Part shown: in pieces, positions 30,554-39,035 of the stretch
Numbering within the stretch: the stretch's first letter is position 1
Layout of the letters: each line of letters begins with the position of its first letter
DNA from: Thermodesulfobacteriota bacterium
Lineage (GTDB): Bacteria; Desulfobacterota; Desulfarculia; JACQYL01
Reading direction: 5' to 3'
DNA: 64,000 bases
Assembly: GCA_963675595.2 (NCBI GenBank)
Contig: CAXXLZ010000002.1
Coordinates: forward strand, 3,456,001-3,520,000
The notes under the pieces: model-generated
Database searches by the model: none
Told to the model about the DNA's origin: nothing
What the model saw: the letters and a program-made list of their open reading frames with translations, nothing else
Translations under genes and position numbers: made by a program

Positions 30554-32722
30554 CTATGAGTTGAATCCTACCTTGCCGGTCCAGGGCAGAGAGCCGCTGC
30601 CGCTTTTCGCCGCGTCCTTCGTGGAAAAACGATTCCGATACCTGTCTCTTAGTTCACCCAATTTCCCTTTGTTCCAGCTGGAAACCCGAGTGAAGTACCC
30701 CGTGATCCTGGTGATGCATTCAATGCTTTCAGAGCCGCAATGGGGACATGATTTCAGCAGACCCCGGGACGTCCTGCCGCACGAATTGCACGTGGTAAAC
30801 TCGGGAGAGAAGGCGATCTGATCGTTCTTGCTTTGCTTGAAGGTCTTGATGATGAAATTGGCAAGAGATTCGGCAGAGGGCTGCGACTCGCCCAACCAGA
30901 TATGCGTCAGAGCCCCCGCTTCGATCAGCGGATGAAACAGGCCTTCGAATTTCACGCGTTCGATGGGGTTCATGGGAGCGCCCACGTTGAAGAGCGTGGA
31001 ATTGGTATAATAGATTTCACCGGTCTCGAGATTTCCTCGCAGAACTTTTTCCGCTTCATCGGGAAAATGCTTGTTATCCAGTTTGGCGAAACGGTAGGCG
31101 GTGCTTTCGGCGGGAGTTTGCTCCAGGACGAACCGCATGCCGTACTTTTCTGAAAATCGCTGAGCCGCAAGATTCATGTGCGCGATGACTCGGAGACCGA
31201 ATTTCATGGCCTCTTCGGATTCGTGCAGCTCTTGGCCCAGGTGGTACTGGATCAACTCATTAAGGCCCACCATGCCCACCAAGAAGGTGCAACGGTGCAT
31301 CCTCAAATAAGGAGTGCCGTCGGGGTCCATGTTCAGCAAGGCAAGAGGCCCTGTTTTCCCATGGGCCAGCAGCTTCTCAATGAATTCCTTTTTCTCTTTA
31401 TGGGCCTGCGCCGCGGCTTGAACTCTGCGGGTCAGTAGCTGGAAGAGACGTGTTTCATCGCCCTTGGCTTCATAAGCGATGCGGGGGAGATTGAGCGTGA
31501 CGTTCTGGAGAGCCGAGTAACGCATCTTCCAAGGTTCTTTGGCATCTTCCAGGTCCGACTGCTCCAGCTTGAACGACAACCGGCAACATTCCGAGATTTT
31601 CGCTGTTTCCCCTCGATCGAAGACAAAATACGTGTTCCCTTTTTCCCCGGCGACCCGGCAGATGTGGTTCAGGAACTCCGCATGTCCGGGCGTCCTGAAG
31701 AATTTCTCCGTGATGTGCACCAAAGGTTTGGGAAAGAAAAAAGGTCTGCCCGATCCGTCTCCTTCCAGGAAGACGTCGAACAACATCCAAGCAAATTTTT
31801 GGGAAAGCTCAATATAATCGGAATAGGTCTTTCCGGTATATACCCCGCCCGGGCCGATGGCGGGCACGTCTTCAAAGTGTTTGGGGATCTCCCAATAGAG
31901 ATTGATGTCCGTGAAGATGGCTTGGCCTCCCCGAGCCACCGCCTGTTGAGAAAATTCAAAAACCATCATTTGCGCGAGTTGCTTGATCTGTTGATCGGAA
32001 AGCTCTTCGAGGTACGGTGCGAAGAAAATATTCACCGCGTCCCAGCCGATGGCGCCGGCGAAGTTGCTTTGCAGCGCCGCGGCGAACTTGACCATGTGGG
32101 CAAGCAAAACCTCGGCGTGTTTGGCGGGTTTGGCCATGGCAAGAGAATTCGGAAGGTTGAGACCGAACTTCTTGAGGTATTCCAGTGATTGGCCGGAGCA
32201 GTAAGGACGATCTATGAATCCCAGATCGTGGAGATGGAGGTCTCCGCGCATGTGGGCGTCGGCGATATCCTGTGAGAAGACGTTTAAAAGCGCGTATTCT
32301 TTCTTGATTCCTTCGGCCAGTGTCAGATTGGTGGCTTCCGGACCATGGGGAACGTTGGCGTTTTCCTTGTTGGGCCTCAGGATCAGTTGTTCCACGTCAT
32401 AAAGGGGCACGCCCAAGCGGGTATGCATGCTTCGGGCATCCTCGAGTCCGAGTTCGATAAGTTGGGCGTTGACCAGCTCTCGAACGAGTGGGGCCGTAAT
32501 GATTCGAATTCCCGACCGATGTATCTGTTCCTCCACGGCCAAGGCAATCCGACTTGCCGTTTCCGACTCTACAATGGTTTCACGGACCAAGGCTTCGGCG
32601 ATTTTCCCTCGATCCCATCCCTCGATGTCGTCACTTGAAGTTCTGACGAAAAGGGCCATATCCGTCGTTTCGGATTCGAGCATTCGATCCGACTTCGGAG
32701 CGAATTCCAACACTTTTGTCAT
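30554..32722 (-). CDS. nrdD: Anaerobic (class III) ribonucleoside-triphosphate reductase
   Basis: ATP cone, HLHDLG..RPYC, SECCRL, EQTPAES, YYTNS, CNSC..CPHC Zn site and RITGY glycyl-radical motif. Confidence 0.96.
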   Translation of the reverse strand: MTKVLEFAPKSDRMLESETTDMALFVRTSSDDIEGWDRGKIAEALVRETIVESETASRIALAVEEQIHRSGIRIITAPLVRELVNAQLIELGLEDARSMHTRLGVPLYDVEQLILRPNKENANVPHGPEATNLTLAEGIKKEYALLNVFSQDIADAHMRGDLHLHDLGFIDRPYCSGQSLEYLKKFGLNLPNSLAMAKPAKHAEVLLAHMVKFAAALQSNFAGAIGWDAVNIFFAPYLEELSDQQIKQLAQMMVFEFSQQAVARGGQAIFTDINLYWEIPKHFEDVPAIGPGGVYTGKTYSDYIELSQKFAWMLFDVFLEGDGSGRPFFFPKPLVHITEKFFRTPGHAEFLNHICRVAGEKGNTYFVFDRGETAKISECCRLSFKLEQSDLEDAKEPWKMRYSALQNVTLNLPRIAYEAKGDETRLFQLLTRRVQAAAQAHKEKKEFIEKLLAHGKTGPLALLNMDPDGTPYLRMHRCTFLVGMVGLNELIQYHLGQELHESEEAMKFGLRVIAHMNLAAQRFSEKYGMRFVLEQTPAESTAYRFAKLDNKHFPDEAEKVLRGNLETGEIYYTNSTLFNVGAPMNPIERVKFEGLFHPLIEAGALTHIWLGESQPSAESLANFIIKTFKQSKNDQIAFSPEFTTCNSCGRTSRGLLKSCPHCGSESIECITRITGYFTRVSSWNKGKLGELRDRYRNRFSTKDAAKSGSGSLPWTGKVGFNS

Positions 32723-32729
32723 ACTCTCC

Positions 32730-32777
32730 CCCCTACTTGTTGTGTAGGGGCAGATGATAGACCACTACATCTAGTGA
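32730..32777. promoter_or_regulatory. Tandem NrdR boxes
   Basis: CACTACATCTAGTG (32763-32776) and CCCTACTTGTTGTG (32731-32744), 32 bp apart, matching acaCwAtATaTwGtg. The second abuts the nrdD RBS. Confidence 0.8.
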
Positions 32778-33040
32778 GTCAACAGAAAAGCATTCTCCGT
32801 AAAGGATCTGGAACCGAAATACTAGAAATGGAAAGATCTCGAATTTCCGGGACCCGGAAACACGTCCATGGGCGGAGAGTCCGGTCGCTGAGAATCGAGG
32901 GGAATCTTATATGAAGTAGGTAATCATGCGATGAATTCGGCGTTGACCACGGTTCCGAGAGATGTCCAACGGGTGAGGGAGTGCCTGTGCGGGGTGACGA
33001 GTGAAGCGGACGGGCCTTTGATCCGTTGACGCGGAGGGAG

Positions 33041-33517
33041 TTATTCGAAAATCGGAGGCCGCTTGAGTCGAAGCAGAAGAAAATAGGAGAGCAGTCCGGG
33101 AATCAGCATGGCCGAGTCTCTAAGCAGGGTCAGCCAATTCATTTTTTCCGCGTTGGGGTCCAAGGTGAAACAACCGCAGGAGATATCCAGGCCGCGGGCG
33201 AGACTGATGGTGATGGCTCCCATGAAGGCGACGAGCATACAGTTGATCAAAGTAAGGGAAGCCCACTCGAACCATCCGAAGATCAGGAAAGTGCCGGCCA
33301 GAGCCTCAACCCACGGCAACACGATGGCGAGAAGATTGACGGCTTCCGAGGGTAGAAGCCGATAATTGAACAAAGCCCGAGCGAAAAGTTCCGGATGTCG
33401 GATCTTGTCAAAGCAGGCGTAAAGGAACAGGCCTCCAAGGAGAATCCGCAGGAAAAGCCACGTCCATCTCATCCAACTCGGGTGATCCTCGCCCCTCGGG
33501 TTCTTCTTCCGGTTCAC
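33041..33517 (-). CDS. MauE/DoxX family membrane protein
   Basis: LRILLGGLFLYACFDKI, LPWVE, RGLDISCGCF and LLRD. Confidence 0.9.
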   Translation of the reverse strand: MNRKKNPRGEDHPSWMRWTWLFLRILLGGLFLYACFDKIRHPELFARALFNYRLLPSEAVNLLAIVLPWVEALAGTFLIFGWFEWASLTLINCMLVAFMGAITISLARGLDISCGCFTLDPNAEKMNWLTLLRDSAMLIPGLLSYFLLLRLKRPPIFE

Positions 33518-33530
33518 ACGCGTCCTTTCG

Positions 33531-34061
33531 CTACGAATCCAAGCCGGTCCGATCCTCCGGCGGGGGGCCTTTTTCCGTGGGCCGCTTCGATTCCTTCCAA
33601 CCCCGCAGGCCGTCAATGTACACGCCCAGGTTTATGAAACCTTGAAGCACGAGTTTGTCGGCCAGGTCGTCACTCATGTGGCAGCTCGCCTCGCTGCAGT
33701 ATAAGACGATGAGTCCGGCTCCAAGTAGGCGATCTTCAAGTATCGGAAAGAACTCATCGTAGCGGTATACGGGCAGGTTCAACGCGCCGGGGATTCTTTC
33801 TTCACGGTAGTCGGCGGGATCTCGCGCATCGACGAACAGAGCGGCGCCGTTATTAAGCAGAAATGCGGCGTCCTCATTTCCGATATGCAGCACTCCTTGA
33901 GGCAATCGGCGTCCGGCGTATTTTGCTTCCCAGTCCCGGACCAGAGGAAGGCCGTCCGGACGCATGGCGTTGAATCCAAGCGCCAACACGGAGCTCAGAA
34001 CCAAAATGAGCAACAGCCCTTGCGCTTGTCCGTACAACCATCGTCTTGCTTCTTCAGTCAT
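33531..34061 (-). CDS. Membrane-anchored rhodanese-like domain protein
   Basis: N-terminal TM, FVDARDP, RIPGALNLP, YCSEASCHMS and GLRGW. Confidence 0.88.
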   Translation of the reverse strand: MTEEARRWLYGQAQGLLLILVLSSVLALGFNAMRPDGLPLVRDWEAKYAGRRLPQGVLHIGNEDAAFLLNNGAALFVDARDPADYREERIPGALNLPVYRYDEFFPILEDRLLGAGLIVLYCSEASCHMSDDLADKLVLQGFINLGVYIDGLRGWKESKRPTEKGPPPEDRTGLDS

Positions 34062-34206
34062 GATTCGTCCGAAACGGGAGAAGTTACAGGATTCCTCTGG
34101 GCACAGACACTGATCGGCCCGAATGGTAAAACTGAGGTTGCATCCTGAAGAAACCCGTCCGCGAGCTTCAATCCTCTCAACCGAAAAGGGAACACTCCAT
34201 CAATAC

Positions 34207-35226
34207 TTATAATCGTCCCTGCAAGTGGAGCCGAACCCAGTGATGCTCAAGCAAGCGGAGCACCTGTCTAGGCGAACGCATCCCGGCGCGTCGGATCTCT
34301 TCTCTCTCCCTTAGAATACGCCTCAGCGAAGCCAGGGCATCTTTTTTCGCCCGGAGAAACACACGTCCCTTTCCTTGTGCCGTCCAGTAAACGAGTGCCA
34401 TAAATCGCAAGGCGAGCGCAGGGAGCAGGAATCCAATCATTAAGGGGCCGGGCATGTTCTTGAGAAAAGTCCATTCCATGTTTCGACTGTTATGGTACGT
34501 GACGAAATCGGATTTTTCTCCCCAAGTGGCGCTGACACGATGATGAACCACGGCGTCGGGAACATAGAGGCAGCTCAAACCCTTGAGCACCGCTCTGAAG
34601 GACAAGTCCACGTCCTCGAAATAGCAGAAGAAGTGCTCGTCGAAGAGGCCGGTCACCTCGAAGAACCTCCTTCGATAGAAACCGGCGCAAGCCCCGGCAC
34701 CGAACACGGGTCCCGGTTCCTTGGGAAGGTCGCTGCGGGGACGTCCTTCGCCGCGCTTCTTGGCCGACCCGGCAATGGAATAAAGGTCGCCTGCGCTGTC
34801 CACGATTTCTCCGTTGTCCAGTCGAAGGACCGTGGAAGCAAAGGAGTCGGCCTCCGGATGCGCCTGAGCGGCGGCAACCAGCCGGGCCAACCAATCCTGC
34901 TCTGCGGACGCGTCACTGTTCAGCAGGGCGATGAACTCCCCTCGTGCTTCGCGGATTCCCGCGTTGCAGCCGGCCGCAAAGCCCAGATTCCGTCCCATGG
35001 CCAGGGTCCGGACGTTGCTCAGCTTTTTGAGGAAATCGAGGCTTCCATCGGAGGACCCATTGTCCACCACGATCACTTCGAAAGATCGGAAGGTCTGACG
35101 ATCCAGGCTTGACAAGGAGTCCGGCAGAAGATGCACGCCGTTGTAGTTGGGGATGATCACACTGATCAATGGATGTTCAGGCAAGGTTTCACCGTTGTCC
35201 AAAAGGAACTCTGATCCAGGCTTCAT
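34207..35226 (-). CDS. GT2 family glycosyltransferase (WbbL/WsaD-like)
   Basis: SVIIPNYNG, VVDNGSSDGS, NLGFAAGCN, LLNSD and FDEHFFCYFEDVDL. Confidence 0.9.
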   Translation of the reverse strand: MKPGSEFLLDNGETLPEHPLISVIIPNYNGVHLLPDSLSSLDRQTFRSFEVIVVDNGSSDGSLDFLKKLSNVRTLAMGRNLGFAAGCNAGIREARGEFIALLNSDASAEQDWLARLVAAAQAHPEADSFASTVLRLDNGEIVDSAGDLYSIAGSAKKRGEGRPRSDLPKEPGPVFGAGACAGFYRRRFFEVTGLFDEHFFCYFEDVDLSFRAVLKGLSCLYVPDAVVHHRVSATWGEKSDFVTYHNSRNMEWTFLKNMPGPLMIGFLLPALALRFMALVYWTAQGKGRVFLRAKKDALASLRRILREREEIRRAGMRSPRQVLRLLEHHWVRLHLQGRL

Positions 35227-38200
35227 TGCCTGAGGGTGGCGTCCGGACGAGACAGTGTCAAGTTCGGGTTATAGAAAGGGTCATTGGCGATCTTGTCGCC
35301 CCACCGCTCCAGCATGAAGTGAACCTCCTCCTTCCGGTCCGAAGTGTGGCCCCGGGAAATGGACTCGTAATGGACCATGCACGAATAAGGAGTATACACG
35401 ACCCGATATCCCGCCTGCTGTAAACGGAGGCAGTAGTCTACGTCCTGGAAAGCGACACCCAGTTTCAGCTCGAATCCGCCCAGATCAAGGAACAGTTTTC
35501 GACGAGTCATCATGCATGCGGCGGTTACGGCGCTTACGTTCCGAACCGTGTTCAGCCACCCTTGATACCCGGGATTTCCGCTGGGAAATCCATGAAAGAT
35601 GTGCCCGGCCACTTCGTTGTGACTCAGCCCAAGAACCACTCCCGCATGCTGAACCGTGGCGTTATCGTAAATAAGCTTTCCTCCCGCCGCACCCACGTCT
35701 TCCATTTGGGCCTGCTCCAGCAGGGATTCCATCCACTGGGGTTCGACAACCTTCGTATCGTTGTTGAGGAAAAGCAGGTAATCGCCCCGGGCCGCTTGAG
35801 CCGCGTGATTCATCATCCGGGAAAAGCTGAACGGATACGGCGCTCTTAACAGCCTCACATGAGAGTACTTCAGGTAAGAACGGGTCGGACAGGCACTCTG
35901 GTTGTCCACTACGATGATTTCATAGTTTGCCCATCCGGTTTTTTCAACCAGTGAGGAAAGACAAGTTTCCAGCATCAGCAGGCGGTCACGAGTGGGAATA
36001 ATGACCGAGACCATGGGGTAGCCTTTGATGCCGTATCTCACTCTAAAAAAATTGAAGAATGCGCCGTTCTCGACACGACCCGGCACATTGCGCCGCTCAA
36101 GAGCGTCGCTCAGCGCTTTGGTGCTCAGGCGGACCGTGTCCTCCATCGCACGGTTTTGACTGGATCGGGAGTCTTCATGTTTTCGCCAATGATAAAGCAC
36201 CCGAGGTATATGATACACCTTATCGGTCTTTTCCGTGGCTCTCAGGATCAGGTCGTAATCTTGGCTGATGGTGAACCCTTCTCGAAAGCCGTTGATTTGC
36301 TTGAGAAGCGAACGCCTCAAGACATTGAAATGCACCATATACATCGTGGACAGCAGGAACTCGGGGGACCAATCCGGGCGAAAAAACACCTCGACCGGAT
36401 TCCCCGCCTCGTCGATCTTGTCTTCGTCGGTATAAATAACGTCCGCGTTGGGCTCTTCCTGCAGAAGACGAACGATTTCCCAGAGCGCATCCTCTTCGAG
36501 GACGTCGTCATGATCGAGAAATCCCACGAATTCTCCCCGACACATTTCCAAAGCTGAATTGGAGGCCCCGACAATGCCTTGGTTCTCCCGGTGAAACCTG
36601 CATCGGATTCGGGCGTCCCGCGATACGGCTTCTTTCAGTATCCGGCGAACTTCTTCCCTAGTGGAGCCGTCGTCCACGATGCAAAGTTCCCAGTGGGGGT
36701 ACGCTTGTCTGATCACCGATTCTATGGCTTGGGACAGATGTTTGGAATTGGTGTTGTAGACGGGGGTGACAACGCTGATCAGAGGGAGGTGAGACCATGC
36801 CTCGACCGCTCTAGCCATCTCGAGAGCATTGCGGCGTCCGCGATTCTTGAGAAGGGACCGGTACTGCTCGATGAGCGCGGGCGCATCCACGGTGAGTGGG
36901 CCGCGCACAGCCCGGCGAACCGCTTCGCGCATTCCATGATTGCTTAGATAGCGCACGCCGGCTCTCACTTTGCGGGACGGAGCCAGAAGTCGATCCCGGA
37001 GTCGATAGTACCCCTTTAGAAATTTCCATCCCCGGCCGGAGTAGATATAGGAGAGGAGCGCTTCGGCTTGTTCCGCGCGGTCTCGTTGAGTTTCGACCTC
37101 AAGTGCCAACCTGCGGATGGTCTCGGATGCCAGTTCAAGGCGGCCGGCGGATCGAATCAGCGAACGCCGGTCGTGGGTCAGGTCTTTCTCCGTTTCCTCC
37201 AACCGGTTCTGGACTTGTCCCAGTTCGGATTGCGTTGCGTTCAGTTCGGTCTCGGCGTCGGCGACCCGGGCTTCGAGATATTCCTTGTCGTCCAGGAGTT
37301 TTTGTTGGCGCTTCATGTCGAAGACCAACGCGGGCCGTCTTCCGGCCGCCGGCGGCCTCTTGCCTTGTCCTTTCGCTTCGGTCAATCCCTTGAGGAAGTG
37401 ATGCAGCGGCTCCACACATTTTTCCCAACTGAATCGCTCTCGCGCCAAAGCGGACGCTTTTTGGGACGCGGCTTCGCGAGCCTTGCCGTCGAGGAGCAAC
37501 CGGCTGATCGCCTCGGTAAGGGCATCGGGGTCTTTCGCGGGAACCGTGGCCCCGGCCTCTGCCGCCTGAACGATCTCCCCCAGGGAGTCGCCGGCGGTGC
37601 ACACTACGGGCAGCCCTCCCCAGAGGCAATCAATCATTCGGTTCCGGGCCGAGTAGGTGGTTTCTGCGAAGGGCTTGGATGTGATCACAGCCAGATCGGC
37701 GTCGAGGTAGATGACGGCCCGGTCTTCATAAGCAACCCAAGAATGGAAAAACACTCTGCGGTTGAGCAAACCTTTTTCAGAGGCAAGCTCTTTGGCCTTG
37801 GCCGCTCCGATCACGGAGAAACCGGGAGTGATGGGATTTTCCGCTCCAACAAAAACCAAGGCCGCTTGGATTCCCCGGCTCAAGAGTTTCTCCAAGGCCA
37901 GGATCGGCGGCTCGGGGTCGAACCAAGGATACAGTCCGCCGGGACACAGGATGATGTACCAATCGTCCGGAATGACTCCTCCACCCCGGAAGAGAACCAG
38001 TCCCTCTTTGCGTTGAGGCGGCAGAGAGGGCACACCGGTCGGAACCAGCGCCAAAAGCTCTTCGGGTGGAAATTCGGGAGTGATGCGGCCGGACAAGGTG
38101 AGCATACCTGAGTAATAGTCTCGTTGGCGATCCGTCGCGCAGATGAACAAATCACCATTGAGCAGCGCGGAATCAAGATTGAGGCGGACTTGGTTCAGAT

Positions 38201-38573
38201 CTTTGAAGTGGTCTTCCGGATTATGAAACAACTCGTCGGACTGCAGAATTGCCATGAATTCCGGATCGAACAAGTCCACGATCACCGGGACGTTTACCAA
38301 GCGCCGGAAAAGCGTTTCGGCTATGTAGTGGGGAATAAGGCAGGCGTCGGTTGCATGGCAAAGATCGTAAACGTTCGACTCATCCCATTTCGCGACTTGG
38401 AAAGGGTCGTCATATTCTTGGTGGTCCGGCAGTCGATGGGGCTGGGCCAGGACGATGTCGTGTCCCAAACGGTGAAGGGCACGGGCGATCTCAAGCGTCC
38501 GGATGGCCGGGCCGGACAAGAGCCCTCCCAGCGGATAGACTTCGAAGGTGCTGATAATCAAAAACCGAGCCAT
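35223..38573 (-). CDS. Multidomain glycosyltransferase: GT4-like + coiled coil + two GT2 domains
   Basis: SGPAIR, GGLYPWFDP and GLPVVCT (GT-B fold); heptad region; ISVVTPVYNT..DDGST..LDHDD and VSVIIPTRD..FLNNDT. Start placed at MARFLII; the ORF is open to 38708. Confidence 0.88.
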   Translation of the reverse strand: MARFLIISTFEVYPLGGLLSGPAIRTLEIARALHRLGHDIVLAQPHRLPDHQEYDDPFQVAKWDESNVYDLCHATDACLIPHYIAETLFRRLVNVPVIVDLFDPEFMAILQSDELFHNPEDHFKDLNQVRLNLDSALLNGDLFICATDRQRDYYSGMLTLSGRITPEFPPEELLALVPTGVPSLPPQRKEGLVLFRGGGVIPDDWYIILCPGGLYPWFDPEPPILALEKLLSRGIQAALVFVGAENPITPGFSVIGAAKAKELASEKGLLNRRVFFHSWVAYEDRAVIYLDADLAVITSKPFAETTYSARNRMIDCLWGGLPVVCTAGDSLGEIVQAAEAGATVPAKDPDALTEAISRLLLDGKAREAASQKASALARERFSWEKCVEPLHHFLKGLTEAKGQGKRPPAAGRRPALVFDMKRQQKLLDDKEYLEARVADAETELNATQSELGQVQNRLEETEKDLTHDRRSLIRSAGRLELASETIRRLALEVETQRDRAEQAEALLSYIYSGRGWKFLKGYYRLRDRLLAPSRKVRAGVRYLSNHGMREAVRRAVRGPLTVDAPALIEQYRSLLKNRGRRNALEMARAVEAWSHLPLISVVTPVYNTNSKHLSQAIESVIRQAYPHWELCIVDDGSTREEVRRILKEAVSRDARIRCRFHRENQGIVGASNSALEMCRGEFVGFLDHDDVLEEDALWEIVRLLQEEPNADVIYTDEDKIDEAGNPVEVFFRPDWSPEFLLSTMYMVHFNVLRRSLLKQINGFREGFTISQDYDLILRATEKTDKVYHIPRVLYHWRKHEDSRSSQNRAMEDTVRLSTKALSDALERRNVPGRVENGAFFNFFRVRYGIKGYPMVSVIIPTRDRLLMLETCLSSLVEKTGWANYEIIVVDNQSACPTRSYLKYSHVRLLRAPYPFSFSRMMNHAAQAARGDYLLFLNNDTKVVEPQWMESLLEQAQMEDVGAAGGKLIYDNATVQHAGVVLGLSHNEVAGHIFHGFPSGNPGYQGWLNTVRNVSAVTAACMMTRRKLFLDLGGFELKLGVAFQDVDYCLRLQQAGYRVVYTPYSCMVHYESISRGHTSDRKEEVHFMLERWGDKIANDPFYNPNLTLSRPDATLRQ

Positions 38574-39035
38574 CTGGAATCTTTTCGTCGCCGGAACTTG
38601 GCTCTCCCGCCTCAAGCCGAGTTCCCTTCTACCATTCTTTGTACGAAAAACAAGCCCTAATCCGAGGGGAAACGAGTTTGAACTCCGCGAGAGAGGTTGC
38701 GGAACCATACCATGAAAGCTTCCATGAATGAATTACCGGAACTCTCGGACAACTTGATTCTTCTCCTAAGGCATAGAATGGAGTTGACAAAAAGCCCTGT
38801 CGCCCCTAAACCGTTGCTCACGGTTCAGGCTCACCCCGTCCCATAAGGTCAGGGGAGGCGTCGCCGAAGACCAATTCGCTTGCCTTGACGGATGCCATGG
38901 CGGGAAAGAGCATTTCTTGGTATAATACCATTCGTTTTATTAGGTCGGTCACCACCTGAATAGGGCTTCGATTTGAAGGCCTTGAAGGTTCTTTCTTTTT
39001 GACGACGTTTTTTCCCTTTTCCCGGACTCCCGGTT

